64,000 bases of DNA from Nitrospinaceae bacterium. GTDB lineage: Bacteria > Nitrospinota > Nitrospinia > Nitrospinales > JACRGP01. Shown one piece after another: positions 1 to 11,299 of the stretch; position 1 is the stretch's first letter, and each line of letters opens with the position of its first letter. Location of the stretch: NCBI GenBank assembly GCA_029261575.1, contig JAJDBD010000088.1, forward strand, positions 13,524 to 77,523, written 5' to 3'. The notes beneath the pieces are model-generated. The model was given only the letters and a program-made list of their open reading frames with translations, did not search any database and was not told the origin of the DNA. Made by a program: the position numbers and the translations under genes.

Positions 1-161
<161 letters not shown>

Positions 162-176
162 GAAAGAAATCCCCTC

Positions 177-2276
177 ATGATTAAATCCCTCGAAAAAATA
201 AGAAACATCGGCATCATCGCCCATATCGACGCCGGAAAAACCACGACCACCGAACGAATTTTGTATTACACCGGTAAAAGTCACAAGCTGGGCGAGGTGC
301 ACGAAGGCACCGCCACCATGGACTGGATGGAGCAGGAGCAGGAGCGGGGCATCACCATCACCTCCGCCGCGACGACCTGTTTCTGGCTGGATCATCAAAT
401 CAACATCATCGACACCCCCGGGCATGTGGATTTCACCGCCGAAGTCGAGCGTTCCTTGAGAGTGTTGGACGGCGCCGTGGGCGTGTTCTGCGCCGTGGGC
501 GGGGTGGAGCCGCAGTCGGAAACCGTTTGGCGGCAAGCCAGCAAGTACCGCGTTCCGCGGATCGGATTTGTCAACAAGATGGACCGCGCTGGAGCGGACT
601 TTGTCAATTGCGTGGGGCAAATGAAAGAGCGTCTCAACGCCAATCCCGTTCCTTTGCATTTTCCCCTGGGCGCCGAAAGCGAGTTCAAGGGGATCATCGA
701 CCTGGTTCGTATGAAGGCGCTGATGTTCACCGACGATAAGGGCGAAACCTTTGACGAGGTCGAGATTCCTGCGGAATATAAGGACGAAGCTGACAAGTAT
801 CGCGAGCAACTTCTGGAGGCCGCTTCCGATTTTGACGAAGGGTTGATGGAGAAATTTTTGAACGGCGATGAAATTTCCCCGGAGGAAATCATCAAGGCCG
901 TGCGCGGCGCCACGTTGGATTTAAGGATCACCCCTATTTTCTGCGGAGCCGCATTCAAGAACAAAGGCGTTCAGCAGTTGCTCGACGCTGTCGTGATGTA
1001 TTTGCCTTCGCCTCTGGACGTCCCTGCGATAGAGGGGATCAATCCCAACACGCAGAAAGAAGTGACTCGTAAAACCGACAAAAATGAACAACTCTCCGCT
1101 CTCGCGTTCAAGATCATGACCGATCCTTTTGTCGGGCAGTTGGCGTTCATTCGCGTTTACTCTGGTGAATTGAAAGCCGGGGGTTATATCTATAATTCCA
1201 GTAAGAACCAGCGCGAGCGCGTGGGTCGACTGCTTCGCATGCATTCGAACAAGCGCGAGGAGGTAAAATCCGTTTCGGCGGGAGACATCGCCGCAGCCAT
1301 AGGATTCAAAAAGACCTTCACCGGAGACACGATTTGCGATGAAAAGGATCCTGTGATTCTGGAGTCCATCCAATTTCCCGAACCCGTCATTTCCGTCGCC
1401 ATCGAGCCGAAAACCAAAGCCGAGCAGGACAAGCTTGCCGAAGCCCTGGGCAAACTTTTGCAAGAAGATCCCACTTTCGTCGTCAAGGCCGATCCCGAAA
1501 CCAACCAGACCATCATGTCCGGAATGGGCGAGTTGCATCTTGAAGTTCTGGTGGACCGCATGAAACGGGAGTTTTCTTTGGACGTCAACGTGTCCAAGCC
1601 TCAGGTGGCGTATCGGGAGACCATCACCCAGGCGGTCGAGGAAGACCATAAGTATGTCAAGCAGACCGGCGGACGCGGCCAGTACGGTCACGTAACGATT
1701 CTGGTCGAGCCTCGCAAGCCGGGCGCCGGTTATGAATTCATCAATAAAATCGTCGGCGGTTCTATTCCCAAGGAGTTCATTCCTGCGGTGCAAAAAGGCA
1801 TCGATGAGGGAATGCAACGCGGCGTGTTGTGCGGCTATTCCGTGGTGGACGTTGGCGTGACTCTGTTGGATGGGTCGTATCACGACGTCGACTCGTCCGA
1901 AATGGCGTTCAAGATTTGCGCTTCCATCGCGTTTCAGGCCGCCTGTAGAAAAGCCAAGCCGGCGCTTTTGGAACCCATAATGGACATCGAGGTGGTCACG
2001 CCTGAAGATTTTATGGGCGACGTGATCGGCAACCTCAGCGGAAAGCGCGGCAAGATAAAAGAATTGGGCGAGCGCGCGGGGGCAAAAGTGATCAAGGCCG
2101 AGGCTCCCTTAGCTAATATGTTTGGTTATTCCACCAGTCTGCGGTCCATGACGCAGGGTCGGGCCAATTATTCCATGGAGTTTGCAAAATACGACGTGGT
2201 ACCGTCCATGATTTCGGAAGAGATCATCGCTAAAGTTAAAGGAACCCCGAAAGAGGCCGTGGCGACCGGCAACTGA
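177..2276 (+). CDS. fusA: Elongation factor G
   Basis: 699-aa ORF with GTPase motifs [14 protein letters not shown] and NKMD. Lies between rpsG and tuf. Confidence 0.97.
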   Translation: MIKSLEKIRNIGIIAHIDAGKTTTTERILYYTGKSHKLGEVHEGTATMDWMEQEQERGITITSAATTCFWLDHQINIIDTPGHVDFTAEVERSLRVLDGAVGVFCAVGGVEPQSETVWRQASKYRVPRIGFVNKMDRAGADFVNCVGQMKERLNANPVPLHFPLGAESEFKGIIDLVRMKALMFTDDKGETFDEVEIPAEYKDEADKYREQLLEAASDFDEGLMEKFLNGDEISPEEIIKAVRGATLDLRITPIFCGAAFKNKGVQQLLDAVVMYLPSPLDVPAIEGINPNTQKEVTRKTDKNEQLSALAFKIMTDPFVGQLAFIRVYSGELKAGGYIYNSSKNQRERVGRLLRMHSNKREEVKSVSAGDIAAAIGFKKTFTGDTICDEKDPVILESIQFPEPVISVAIEPKTKAEQDKLAEALGKLLQEDPTFVVKADPETNQTIMSGMGELHLEVLVDRMKREFSLDVNVSKPQVAYRETITQAVEEDHKYVKQTGGRGQYGHVTILVEPRKPGAGYEFINKIVGGSIPKEFIPAVQKGIDEGMQRGVLCGYSVVDVGVTLLDGSYHDVDSSEMAFKICASIAFQAACRKAKPALLEPIMDIEVVTPEDFMGDVIGNLSGKRGKIKELGERAGAKVIKAEAPLANMFGYSTSLRSMTQGRANYSMEFAKYDVVPSMISEEIIAKVKGTPKEAVATGN

Positions 2277-2327
2277 TTTAGTAGCGGGGAAAAATTATTA
2301 ACAATAATCGTTTTTGGAGTCAGCCAA

Positions 2328-3518
2328 ATGGCAAAAGAAAAATTCGTTCGCGATAAACCGCATTTGAATGTTGGAACTATCGGGCACGTGGACCATGGAA
2401 AAACCACCCTCACCGCGGCCATCACGGAAGTTTTAGCTAAAAAGGGGCTCGCCGATTACGTCCCCTTCGACAAAATCGACAAGGCGCCAGAGGAGAGAGA
2501 GCGCGGCATCACCATCGCCATCGCCCATGTTGAATATCAATCCGAGATACGCCATTACGCGCATGTCGACTGCCCCGGTCACGCCGACTACGTTAAAAAC
2601 ATGATCACCGGAGCCGCGCAAATGGACGGCGCCGTTCTGGTTCTGAACGCCGCCGACGGTCCCATGCCTCAAACCCGCGAACACATCCTTTTGGCGCGCC
2701 AGGTAGGCGTTCCCAGAATCGTCGTTTTTCTCAATAAGGTGGATATGGTGGACGACGAGGAGCTTCTCGACCTGGTCGAGCTGGAAGTGCGCGAGTTGTT
2801 GACCGAATATAAATACCCCGGCGACGACATTCCGATCATTCGAGGCAGCGCTCTGCACGCCTTGGAAAATCCGGAAGACGAGGAAAAAACCAAATGTATC
2901 TGGGAGTTGATAAAGGCGCTGGACGAATACGTCCCGATTCCCGAGCGCGCCGTCGACAAACCTTTCCTGATGCCCATCGAGGATATCTTCAGCATCTCCG
3001 GGCGTGGAACGGTAGCTACCGGCAGAATTGAAGCTGGCGTCGTTCATGTCGGCGACGAGGTGGAGATTGTCGGTTTCCGGCCCACCACCAAAACCGTTAT
3101 CACCGGCGTGGAAATGTTCCGCAAATTGCTGGACGACGGGCAGGCGGGCGATAATATCGGAGCGTTGCTCCGCGGCACCAAGCGCGACGATATCGAACGC
3201 GGGCAGGTGCTCGCCAAGCCGGGAAGCATCACTCCGCACACCAAGTTCAAGGCCCAGGTCTATATATTGAAAAAAGAAGAAGGCGGTCGACACACGCCGT
3301 TTTTTAACGGCTACCGTCCGCAGTTTTATTTTCGGACCACGGACGTTACCGGCATTTGTACCCTGAAAGAAGGCGTTGAGATGGTCATGCCTGGGGACAA
3401 TGTGGATATGACGATCGATTTGATCACGCCCGTAGCTATGGACAAGGAACTGCGATTCGCTATTCGCGAAGGCGGCCGTACCGTGGGCGCCGGAGTCGTG
3501 GGCGAGGTTGTTGAATAA
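2328..3518 (+). CDS. tuf: Elongation factor Tu
   Basis: 396 aa with [17 protein letters not shown] and NKVD motifs. Canonical EF-Tu length and position. Confidence 0.98.
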   Translation: MAKEKFVRDKPHLNVGTIGHVDHGKTTLTAAITEVLAKKGLADYVPFDKIDKAPEERERGITIAIAHVEYQSEIRHYAHVDCPGHADYVKNMITGAAQMDGAVLVLNAADGPMPQTREHILLARQVGVPRIVVFLNKVDMVDDEELLDLVELEVRELLTEYKYPGDDIPIIRGSALHALENPEDEEKTKCIWELIKALDEYVPIPERAVDKPFLMPIEDIFSISGRGTVATGRIEAGVVHVGDEVEIVGFRPTTKTVITGVEMFRKLLDDGQAGDNIGALLRGTKRDDIERGQVLAKPGSITPHTKFKAQVYILKKEEGGRHTPFFNGYRPQFYFRTTDVTGICTLKEGVEMVMPGDNVDMTIDLITPVAMDKELRFAIREGGRTVGAGVVGEVVE

Positions 3519-3832
3519 TGGCCGAACAAAGCCAAAAGATTAAAATCAAGCTTAAAGCTTACGACCACAAGCTCCTGGACTGGTCTGTTGGCGAAATCGT
3601 GGAGACGACCAAACGGACCGGCGCGCGAGTGGTGGGACCCATCCCTCTGCCGACGGTGAGAAACAGTTGGACGGTGTTGAGGTCTCCGCATGTCGACAAG
3701 AAATCCAGGGAGCAGTTTGAGATTCGGACTCATAAGAGGATCCTGGAGATTCTCGAGCCGACCCCTCAGACGGTCGACGCTCTCATGAAGCTGGATCTTT
3801 CCGGCGGCGTGGATATAGAAATAAAACTGTAA
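3518..3832 (+). CDS. rpsJ: 30S ribosomal protein S10
   Basis: 104 aa with S10-like sequence ([13 protein letters not shown]...PLPT). The ATG overlaps the tuf stop (TAATG), so there is no room for an S10 leader. Confidence 0.96.
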   Translation: MAEQSQKIKIKLKAYDHKLLDWSVGEIVETTKRTGARVVGPIPLPTVRNSWTVLRSPHVDKKSREQFEIRTHKRILEILEPTPQTVDALMKLDLSGGVDIEIKL

Positions 3833-3990
3833 GCGTCGGCGCCAGGCAAGCGCCTGGAGGCATTAGGCGTAACTTATTTGGGTAACGCTACGGATTCGGC
3901 GACAATTGTATATTTCGGGACGAAGAAAAAGTATTTTATGGATTCGTCTATTTTAAAACTTTTTCGGCGACCTGTTAGCTAGAGAGAACT
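3833..3990 (+). repeat. Structured intergenic repeat, family 2, copy 1 (hairpin CCAGGC-AAGC-GCCTGG at its 5' end)
   Basis: Fills the unusually long rpsJ|rplC gap. It aligns over its whole length with the reverse complement of 63266-63422, including an exact 23-nt block (3840-3862 = revcomp 63399-63421). Confidence 0.75.
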
Positions 3991-4626
3991 ATGAACACCT
4001 TGTTGGGTAAAAAAGTTGGAATGACTCAGATTTTCTCCGAAAAGGGAGATTGTGTGCCTGTGACCGTGGTCGCCATGGAGAGTTGCATTCCCGTATTGCA
4101 AAAAACTCAGGAGAAAGACGGTTACAACGCCGTGCTGGTGGCCTGCGGCGAAAGAAAGCCCAAGCGCACCAACAAACCTCTTCAGGGGTTCTATGACAAG
4201 CACAAACTCAAACCCGCCCGCCAACTGACCGAATTTCGCGACGAAACCGCGGAAGAAGATCAGCTCGGCAAACCGTTGGATACGGGCATGTTCAGCGCGG
4301 GAGATCTTGTGTCTGTGGTCGGGACGTCCAAGGGTAAAGGGTTCGCGGGCGTGATGAAGCGTCACAACTTTAAGGGAAAGAACTCGTCGCATGGAACGCA
4401 CGAATCCTTTCGCGGCGGCGGTTCTATTGGTATGCACACCTACCCGGGACGCGTATTCAAAGGCAAAAAAATGCCGGGCCGGATGGGCGGCGATCGCATT
4501 CAAGTTAAAAATTTACAAGTGGTCCAGGTCGACGCAGACAAAAATATTTTGCTCATCAAAGGCGCCGTGCCCGGCGCCCGGGGCGGAATGGTTCGCGTGA
4601 CCCAAATCCACAAGGCCAAGGAATAA
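3991..4626 (+). CDS. rplC: 50S ribosomal protein L3
   Basis: 211 aa, L3-like (MTQIFSEKGDCVPVTV..., KGKGFAGVMKRHNF). Conserved S10-operon order. Confidence 0.96.
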   Translation: MNTLLGKKVGMTQIFSEKGDCVPVTVVAMESCIPVLQKTQEKDGYNAVLVACGERKPKRTNKPLQGFYDKHKLKPARQLTEFRDETAEEDQLGKPLDTGMFSAGDLVSVVGTSKGKGFAGVMKRHNFKGKNSSHGTHESFRGGGSIGMHTYPGRVFKGKKMPGRMGGDRIQVKNLQVVQVDADKNILLIKGAVPGARGGMVRVTQIHKAKE

Positions 4627-4627
4627 A

Positions 4628-5257
4628 ATGCCCGAATTGAATCTGGTAGACATTAATAATAACAAGGTTGGGACCGTTCAGGCCTCGCCCAAGGTGTTCG
4701 AGTCAAAAATTTACGAGCACCTGGTGCATCATTACACGATCATGCAGTTGGCCCGGCGCCGATCGGGTACCGCCAGCACCAAAAGCTCCTACGGTGAGAT
4801 TAGCGGAAGCGGAAAAAAGCCTTGGAAACAAAAAGGCACGGGTCGGGCCAGAGCGGGATCGACGCGGTCCGCCCTCTGGCGCGGCGGTATGACGACTTTT
4901 GGGCCGACCCCGCGCGATTTCGATATCAAGCTGTCCAAGAAAAACAAGCGGCTCGCCTTGCGATCCGTTTTGACCGAGCGGGTCCAGCAAAACGCTTTTC
5001 ATGTGGTCGATAAACTGACCCTGGACCAGCCCAAAACCAAAGACGCCGTCCAGTTGCTGAAAAAACTGGAACTGACCGCAAAAATCCTGTTCGTGATCGC
5101 CGAGAAAAACCTGAACCTGGAATTGGCGGTGCGCAATATACCCAACGTCGACGTATTGCATGTAGACGGACTCAACGTGTTTGACATTTTGAACCATGGT
5201 TCGCTGGTTTGCACGCCTGAAGCCGTAAAAAAAATCGAGGAGCGGCTGACCGTATGA
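4628..5257 (+). CDS. rplD: 50S ribosomal protein L4
   Basis: 209 aa with the KPWKQKGTGRARAGS motif. Follows rplC. Confidence 0.96.
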   Translation: MPELNLVDINNNKVGTVQASPKVFESKIYEHLVHHYTIMQLARRRSGTASTKSSYGEISGSGKKPWKQKGTGRARAGSTRSALWRGGMTTFGPTPRDFDIKLSKKNKRLALRSVLTERVQQNAFHVVDKLTLDQPKTKDAVQLLKKLELTAKILFVIAEKNLNLELAVRNIPNVDVLHVDGLNVFDILNHGSLVCTPEAVKKIEERLTV

Positions 5258-5544
5258 AAGAACTGCATCGAGTACTGGTCAAACCCCTGCTCACTGAGAA
5301 AAGCAACGATTTGTTGCAGGGAAACAACTCCGTCACCTTTCAGGTGGACAGGCGAGCCAACAAGATAGAGATCAAGGCGGCGGTGGAGAAAATTTTCAAC
5401 GTCTCCGTTGTGGACGTCAATACCCTCAACGTCAAGGGTCGGCGTAAACGGTTCGGTAAAGCCGTCGGCGTTTCCAAAAGCTGGAAAAAAGCGGTGGTTC
5501 AATTGAAAGAGGGCGACAAAATTGAAATATTTGAAGGCGCATAA
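5254..5544 (+). CDS. rplW: 50S ribosomal protein L23
   Basis: 96 aa, L23-like ([10 protein letters not shown]...). 4-nt overlap with rplD. Confidence 0.95.
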   Translation: MKELHRVLVKPLLTEKSNDLLQGNNSVTFQVDRRANKIEIKAAVEKIFNVSVVDVNTLNVKGRRKRFGKAVGVSKSWKKAVVQLKEGDKIEIFEGA

Positions 5545-5549
5545 AAACC

Positions 5550-6377
5550 ATGACCGTTAGAAAACTCAATCCAAGATCCGCGGGCGTTCGGTTCCAGACC
5601 ATTTCAGGGTTTGAGGAACTGACCAAAAAGACTCCGGAAAAAAGTTTGTTGGTCTCCATTTCGCGAAAAGGCGGGCGCAACAACAACGGGCGGATCACCG
5701 CCAAGCGTCGCGGCGGCGGACACCGCAAGCTGTACAGGATGATCGACTTTAAAAGAAACAAGGACGGGATCGAAGCCAAGGTTGCCGGGATCGAATACGA
5801 TCCCAACCGGTCCGCCAACATCGCTTTGCTGGTGTACACCGACGGAGAAAAACGCTACATCCTGGCTCCCAGCGGATTGACGGACGGCGACAAGGTCATG
5901 TCCGGCGAAGGCGCGGAAATTCGTAAGGGCAATTGTCTTCCCCTGAGCGCCATTCCGGAAGGAACGCTGATTCACAATATCGAGATGCGTCCCGGAAAAG
6001 GCGGTCAATTGGCCCGTTGCGCGGGAACCTTCGCCCGGCTCATGGCGAAGGAAGGCAAGATGGCCAACCTGAAGCTGACCTCGGGAGAGGTTCGCCTGAT
6101 CGACGTAAACTGCCGGGCCACGATCGGGACCGTGGGCAACTCGGAGCATGAAAATATTACCATCGGTAAAGCCGGCAGGAATCGCTGGGTGGGGAAAAGA
6201 CCTCGCGTGCGCGCGGTGGCCATGAATCCCGTGGACCATCCCATGGGCGGCGGAGAAGGTCGCTCCTCTGGAGGACGGCATCCGTGCAGTCCCTGGGGTA
6301 TTCCGGCAAAAGGGTATAAAACGCGGAAGAAGACGAAGCTTTCCAGCAAGTATATTTTAAAGAAACGCAAGAAATGA
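5550..6377 (+). CDS. rplB: 50S ribosomal protein L2
   Basis: 275 aa with L2 motifs ([18 protein letters not shown]). Confidence 0.97.
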   Translation: MTVRKLNPRSAGVRFQTISGFEELTKKTPEKSLLVSISRKGGRNNNGRITAKRRGGGHRKLYRMIDFKRNKDGIEAKVAGIEYDPNRSANIALLVYTDGEKRYILAPSGLTDGDKVMSGEGAEIRKGNCLPLSAIPEGTLIHNIEMRPGKGGQLARCAGTFARLMAKEGKMANLKLTSGEVRLIDVNCRATIGTVGNSEHENITIGKAGRNRWVGKRPRVRAVAMNPVDHPMGGGEGRSSGGRHPCSPWGIPAKGYKTRKKTKLSSKYILKKRKK

Positions 6378-6398
6378 ACCGCTTAATCAGGGGAAACT

Positions 6399-6683
6399 AT
6401 GGCACGGTCGCTTAAAAAAGGGCCCTTTGTGGACGAATCCCTCGGCGATAAAGTCGAGGACATGAACCGGCGCAACGACAAGAAGATCATTAAAACCTGG
6501 TCGCGCCGGTCGACGGTGACCCCGGATTTTGTCGGTCATACCTTCGCCGTGCACAATGGGAAAAAATTTATTCCCGTGTTCATCACGGAAAACATGGTGG
6601 GTCACAAGTTGGGGGAGTTTTCCCCTACCCGGACCTTCAGGGGTCATACGGGCAAGACCAAAAAAGCGGCGCCGGGCAAATAA
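6399..6683 (+). CDS. rpsS: 30S ribosomal protein S19
   Basis: 94 aa, starting [12 protein letters not shown], with HNGKKFIPV. Confidence 0.97.
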   Translation: MARSLKKGPFVDESLGDKVEDMNRRNDKKIIKTWSRRSTVTPDFVGHTFAVHNGKKFIPVFITENMVGHKLGEFSPTRTFRGHTGKTKKAAPGK

Positions 6684-6717
6684 ATGTTGATAACGGATCA
6701 ATGCGAAAGGTAGAACA

Positions 6718-7047
6718 GTGAAAGCCCTATTGAGACACACGCGTTCCACGCCGCAAAAGGCCCGGCTTGTCGCCGACTTGATTCGCGGGCGCAACGTGAA
6801 CGACGCCATGAACGTTTTGACGTTCACCCGGAAAAAAGCGGCCCGGACTTTTCAAAAGCTTTTGAAATCCGCCGTCGCCAACGCCGAGGAGAACAACAAC
6901 GTCATGGACGTGGACGATTTGTACGTCAAGACCGTGAGGGTCGATAAAGGGATTACGTGGAAGCGGCAGATGCCGCGGGCGCGCGGGATGGCCACCACGA
7001 TTTTGAAACGGACCAGTCATATCAGCATCGAATTGGCAGAAAAATAA
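6718..7047 (+). CDS. rplV: 50S ribosomal protein L22
   Basis: 109 aa, GTG start, PQKARLVADLIRG motif. Confidence 0.95.
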   Translation: MKALLRHTRSTPQKARLVADLIRGRNVNDAMNVLTFTRKKAARTFQKLLKSAVANAEENNNVMDVDDLYVKTVRVDKGITWKRQMPRARGMATTILKRTSHISIELAEK

Positions 7048-7059
7048 CAGGGAGGCTCC

Positions 7060-7755
7060 GTGGGTCAGAAAGTACATCCTTACGGGTTCCGGTTGGGCAT
7101 CAATAAAACCTGGAACGCAAACTGGATCACCAAAAAGGGATACGCTGAAAATCTTCTGGAAGATATTAATATCCGCAAGTTTATCCAAAAGAACCTCGCG
7201 CATGCCGGAATTTCCAAGGTAGAGATCGAGCGTTCTGCCAACCGGGTGCGGATCAACATCCACACCTCCCGGCCGGGAATCATCATCGGCAAAAAGGGAC
7301 TGGAAGTCGACCGGTTGAAGGAAGAATTGCAGAAGATTATCGCCGGGAAACAGGTCAACCTGAACATCAAGGAAGTCCGGCGGGCGGAACTGGATTCCGC
7401 TCTGATCGCGCAAAACATCGCCCTGCAGTTGGAGAAGCGAGTGTCGTTTCGCCGGGCCATGAAAAAGTCGGTGGTCTCTGCCCTGCGCTTCGGCGCCAAG
7501 GGAATCAAGGTGCGCTGTTCCGGAAGGTTGGGCGGCGCGGAAATTGCCCGGAGCGAATGGTACCGCGAAGGTCGCGTTCCGCTCCACACCCTGCGCGCTG
7601 ATATTGATTACGGAACCGCCGAAGGCAACACCACGTACGGCATCATCGGTATCAAGGTCTGGGTGTACAAGGGAGAAATCCTTTCCGGTATGGAAGCTGC
7701 GATCCCTGGACGTAGAAATTCCGGAGCCACCAAGAAAAAGGGTAAAACGGGCTGA
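7060..7755 (+). CDS. rpsC: 30S ribosomal protein S3
   Basis: 231 aa, GTG start, [14 protein letters not shown]-terminus (KH domain). Confidence 0.96.
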   Translation: MGQKVHPYGFRLGINKTWNANWITKKGYAENLLEDINIRKFIQKNLAHAGISKVEIERSANRVRINIHTSRPGIIIGKKGLEVDRLKEELQKIIAGKQVNLNIKEVRRAELDSALIAQNIALQLEKRVSFRRAMKKSVVSALRFGAKGIKVRCSGRLGGAEIARSEWYREGRVPLHTLRADIDYGTAEGNTTYGIIGIKVWVYKGEILSGMEAAIPGRRNSGATKKKGKTG

Positions 7756-7847
7756 CGGTAAAGTAAAACGCCGGGAAGCTTTGAACTGAATATGAAAAGA
7801 AAGGTCCGGGAGGCAGTTGAGCGCCTCTCGAATGGAGAGATAAAATC

Positions 7848-8267
7848 ATGTTGATGCCCAAAAAAACCAAATACCGAAAGCGCCAGAAAGGCAAAAGGCG
7901 CGGGACCGCTTATCGGGGCGGCGAGTTGAGCTTCGGTACCGTCGGTTTGCAGGCTACGGGCAGAGGTTGGATCACCAACCGTCAGATCGAAGCCGCCCGA
8001 ATCGCCATGACCCGGCACGTCAAGCGCGGCGGTAAAATCTGGCTGAGAATTTTTCCCGACAAGCCGATCACCAAGAAGCCCGCGGAAACCCGGATGGGCA
8101 AGGGTAAGGGAAGTCCGGAATACTGGGTGGCCGTGATCAAGCCGGGTCGGATTTTGTATGAAATGGAAGGGGTCTCCCTGCCAGTGGCCCGGGAGGCGTT
8201 GAGGCTTGCCTCGCACAAACTGCCCCTCGCCACGCGTCTGGTGGTCAAGGAAGGCGCCAACATTTAA
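7848..8267 (+). CDS. rplP: 50S ribosomal protein L16
   Basis: 139 aa, [12 protein letters not shown]-terminus. Preceded by an atypically long 92-nt gap after rpsC. Confidence 0.96.
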   Translation: MLMPKKTKYRKRQKGKRRGTAYRGGELSFGTVGLQATGRGWITNRQIEAARIAMTRHVKRGGKIWLRIFPDKPITKKPAETRMGKGKGSPEYWVAVIKPGRILYEMEGVSLPVAREALRLASHKLPLATRLVVKEGANI

Positions 8268-8287
8268 ATCGGAACGAAAACGAAAAA

Positions 8288-8533
8288 ATGAAACCGCAAG
8301 AAATTAGAGAGCTTTCCGAAAAGGAACGCGAGGATAAGATTAAGGACTCTCAGGAAGAGATATTCAACCTGAGGTTTCAGATCGCCACTGGGAAAAATGA
8401 AAACCCGGGGCGGATAAGGATTTTGCGCCGTGATATTGCGCGGGTAAAAACCATACAACGCGAAGCGGCGGCGCAGGGCAACGGGTCGGCCAAGGACGCG
8501 GACACTAACAACCTAAAAACCAAAGGTCAGTGA
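8288..8533 (+). CDS. rpmC: 50S ribosomal protein L29 (with short C-terminal extension)
   Basis: 81 aa with an L29-like N-terminal ~60 aa (EIRELSEKE...LRFQ). Position between rplP and rpsQ. Confidence 0.93.
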   Translation: MKPQEIRELSEKEREDKIKDSQEEIFNLRFQIATGKNENPGRIRILRRDIARVKTIQREAAAQGNGSAKDADTNNLKTKGQ

Positions 8534-8534
8534 C

Positions 8535-8816
8535 TTGGAGTCTCAGAGCGAAAACAAAAAAACGATGACCGGCGACGTCGTCAGCGACAAGATGGATAAG
8601 ACCGTGGTCGTCTGCGTCGAGCGCAAATATAATCATCCTAAGTTTAAAAAAGTTGTGCGCCGGAGCAAGAGGTACAAGGTACACGACGAGAAGAACGAGT
8701 GCCGGACGGGAGATTTTATCTCCATTTGCGAGACGCGCCCCCTCAGTAAGGACAAGCGCTGGCGGCTTCGGGAAATCATAACCAGGGCCGCGCCGGCGTC
8801 GGCGGAAAGCGCATAG
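8535..8816 (+). CDS. rpsQ: 30S ribosomal protein S17
   Basis: 93 aa with the [14 protein letters not shown] motif. TTG start at 8535 (alternative ATG at 8565). Confidence 0.93.
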   Translation: MESQSENKKTMTGDVVSDKMDKTVVVCVERKYNHPKFKKVVRRSKRYKVHDEKNECRTGDFISICETRPLSKDKRWRLREIITRAAPASAESA

Positions 8817-8825
8817 GGGAAAAAG

Positions 8826-9194
8826 ATGATCCAGTTAAGAACGACGATGGAAGTTGCGGACAACTCCGGCGCTAAACGAGTGCAATGCATAAAAGTTTTG
8901 GGAGGCAGTCGCAGGCGTTACGCCAGGGTGGGCGACCTGATTGTCGTCTCCGTCCGCGAGGCCGAGCCGAACACCGCCATTAAAAAAGGCGAAGTGAAAA
9001 AAGCCGTTGTCGTTCGTACGCGAAAAGAAGTCAGGCGGGCCGACGGCAGTTATATCAAATTCGACAGCAACGCCGCCGTGTTGATCAACGACGCCAAGGA
9101 ACCTTTGGGCACCCGCATATTCGGTCCCGTGGCCCGCGAGTTGCGCGCCAAGAAATTCATGAAAATCCTGTCCCTGGCCCCGGAGGTGCTTTGA
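8826..9194 (+). CDS. rplN: 50S ribosomal protein L14
   Basis: 122 aa, [18 protein letters not shown]-terminus. Confidence 0.97.
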   Translation: MIQLRTTMEVADNSGAKRVQCIKVLGGSRRRYARVGDLIVVSVREAEPNTAIKKGEVKKAVVVRTRKEVRRADGSYIKFDSNAAVLINDAKEPLGTRIFGPVARELRAKKFMKILSLAPEVL

Positions 9195-9198
9195 GTTT

Positions 9199-9528
9199 AT
9201 GGGAAAGAAATTGCACATCAAGAAGGACGACGTCGTCCAGGTCATCTCCGGAAAAGAGAAAGGTAAAAAGGGCAAGGTCCTGGCCATTTTCAAGGAGACC
9301 AACCGGGCGACCGTTGAGAAACTAAACATGTTCAAGCGGCACACCAAGCCAAGCCAGGGCAACCAGCAAGGCGGCATTATTGAGCGGGAGGGTTCCATTC
9401 ATATTTCCAACATCCTTCCTGTGGACGACAAGCTGGGCAAGGGCGTACGCGTTAAATGGAAAAAGCTCGAAGACGGGAACCGCGTGCGGGTCAGCGTCAA
9501 GACGGGCGAGATCATCGACAAAACCTGA
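9199..9528 (+). CDS. rplX: 50S ribosomal protein L24
   Basis: 109 aa, KKDDVVQVISGKEKGKKGKV (KOW motif). Confidence 0.96.
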   Translation: MGKKLHIKKDDVVQVISGKEKGKKGKVLAIFKETNRATVEKLNMFKRHTKPSQGNQQGGIIEREGSIHISNILPVDDKLGKGVRVKWKKLEDGNRVRVSVKTGEIIDKT

Positions 9529-9554
9529 ACGGATTAACGAGATAACGGGACACT

Positions 9555-10100
9555 ATGACAGCAACGCTTAAAACCGAATACCGCGAGAAACTTCGACCTC
9601 TGATCATGAAAGATCTGGGGCTTAAAAATCCCATGCAGACTCCCAGGTTGACCAAGGTGGTCCTCAATATCGGCATTGGCGACGCGCAGAACAATCCCAA
9701 GCTTCTGGAGGCCGGGGTCGAAGAGTTGAAAGCCATCACCGGGCAAAAACCGGTGGTCACCAAAGCCAAAAAAGCCATCTCGAACTTCAAGTTGCGCGAG
9801 GGAGTTCCCGTGGGGGTGATGGTGACCCTGCACGGCGACCGGATGTACGATTTTTTTCTACGCCTGGTGAACTTCTCCCTGCCCAGGGTTCGGGATTTCA
9901 AGGGGCTTCCGCCGCGGGCTTTCGACGGGCGCGGGAATTACACGATTGGACTCAAGGAGCAGTTGATTTTTCCGGAAATCGATTACGACAAAATAGAAAA
10001 AATCATGGGGATGAACATCACCCTGTGCACCAGCGCCGAGACCGACGAGGCCGGGCGTTGCTTGTTAAAACATCTGGGCCTGCCCCTCAGGAAATCATAA
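9555..10100 (+). CDS. rplE: 50S ribosomal protein L5
   Basis: 181 aa, L5-like (PRLTKVVLNIGIG...). Confidence 0.96.
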   Translation: MTATLKTEYREKLRPLIMKDLGLKNPMQTPRLTKVVLNIGIGDAQNNPKLLEAGVEELKAITGQKPVVTKAKKAISNFKLREGVPVGVMVTLHGDRMYDFFLRLVNFSLPRVRDFKGLPPRAFDGRGNYTIGLKEQLIFPEIDYDKIEKIMGMNITLCTSAETDEAGRCLLKHLGLPLRKS

Positions 10101-10127
10101 AACCGACGGGCTGGAAAAAGGAAACTT

Positions 10128-10313
10128 ATGGCAAAAAAATCTTTGATCGCCAAGCAGAAACGGAAACCGAAGTTCAACGTCCGGGCTTACAACCGATGCA
10201 ACGTATGCGGTCGGCCCCGGGCCTTCTTACGTAAATTTGGAATTTGCCGGATTTGTTTTCGGCTCCGGGCTTTGCAGGGAGAAATTCCCGGCGTCATTAA
10301 AGCCAGTTGGTAA
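10128..10313 (+). CDS. rpsN: 30S ribosomal protein S14, short zinc-binding type (type Z)
   Basis: 61 aa with CNVCGRP...CRICFR (CxxC-x12-CxxC). Position between rplE and rpsH. Confidence 0.95.
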   Translation: MAKKSLIAKQKRKPKFNVRAYNRCNVCGRPRAFLRKFGICRICFRLRALQGEIPGVIKASW

Positions 10314-10349
10314 ATACCGAATGATAATGATCAGGAGATCGAACCGCAA

Positions 10350-10742
10350 ATGATGACCGATCCAATAGCAGACATGTTCACCCGGATCCGCAACGCCTTA
10401 ATGGTGAGGCAGACCAAGACGGAAATCCCCGGCTCCAAGATGAAAACGCGGCTCGCCGAAATTTTAAAAGAGCAGGGATACATCCGGAATTTCCGCGTGT
10501 TCGACGACGGCAGGCAAGGAGTGCTCCGAGTGTATCTTAAATACGACAAGGACAACTCCGTGATCGCCGGCATCAAACGAATCAGCAAACCGGGTCGGCG
10601 CGTTTACGTCGACCGGCAAAACATTCCCAAAGTATTGAACGGTTTGGGAATCGCTATTTTATCCACCTCCTCGGGAGTCAAGACCGATCAAGCCTGCCGC
10701 GAAGCGGGAATCGGCGGCGAGATTCTGGGATACGTCTGGTAA
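10350..10742 (+). CDS. rpsH: 30S ribosomal protein S8
   Basis: 130 aa, [15 protein letters not shown]-terminus. Confidence 0.96.
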   Translation: MMTDPIADMFTRIRNALMVRQTKTEIPGSKMKTRLAEILKEQGYIRNFRVFDDGRQGVLRVYLKYDKDNSVIAGIKRISKPGRRVYVDRQNIPKVLNGLGIAILSTSSGVKTDQACREAGIGGEILGYVW

Positions 10743-10746
10743 CGCT

Positions 10747-11298
10747 ATGTCAAGAATTGGAAGACAACCTGTCGCTGTCCCCTCTGGGGTGGATTGTAAA
10801 TTGGAGGGAGACCTGTTCCGCGCCAAAGGTCCTAAAGGGACCATGGAACGCCGCCTCCACCCCAATATGAAAATTGAGATTCAGAGCGGCGAGATCCTCG
10901 TCACCCGGCCCAACGACGAACGCCAGAACCGGGCGTTGCACGGACTCACCCGCACCCTGGTCCACAACATGGTTCACGGCGTGACCGAGGGTTTCAGCAA
11001 ACAATTGAACATCGTCGGCGTCGGGTACAAAGTCGAACTGCAGGGGAAAAACCTGGTGATGCAATTAGGATTCTCCCATCCCGTCAACGTCAAAGCCCCC
11101 CAGGGTCTTGAGTTTGAAGTGGATCCAAAAAAGAACACCATTGTCGTCAAGGGAATCGACAAGGAAAAAGTAGGCCAGATGGCCGCCGATATCCGAAGCC
11201 TGCGTCCCCCGGAACCCTACAAGGGCAAAGGCGTGATGTACGCCGACGAGCGAATAATCCGCAAGGCCGGCAAGGCCGCTATAGGAGCGAAGTCTTAA
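10747..11298 (+). CDS. rplF: 50S ribosomal protein L6
   Basis: 183 aa, MSRIGRQPVAVPSGV N-terminus. Confidence 0.96.
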   Translation: MSRIGRQPVAVPSGVDCKLEGDLFRAKGPKGTMERRLHPNMKIEIQSGEILVTRPNDERQNRALHGLTRTLVHNMVHGVTEGFSKQLNIVGVGYKVELQGKNLVMQLGFSHPVNVKAPQGLEFEVDPKKNTIVVKGIDKEKVGQMAADIRSLRPPEPYKGKGVMYADERIIRKAGKAAIGAKS

Positions 11299-11299
11299 G

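Noticed and set aside
921-1883. Long antisense ORFs inside fusA, tuf, rpsC/rplV and rplP (for example 921-1883, 2433-3293, 6727-7587 and 7608-8216, all minus strand).
   Set aside because: They lie opposite highly conserved, confidently identified genes. Their translations are Arg/Gly/His/Pro-rich with no motifs, which is the typical shadow-ORF pattern of moderately GC-rich coding DNA.
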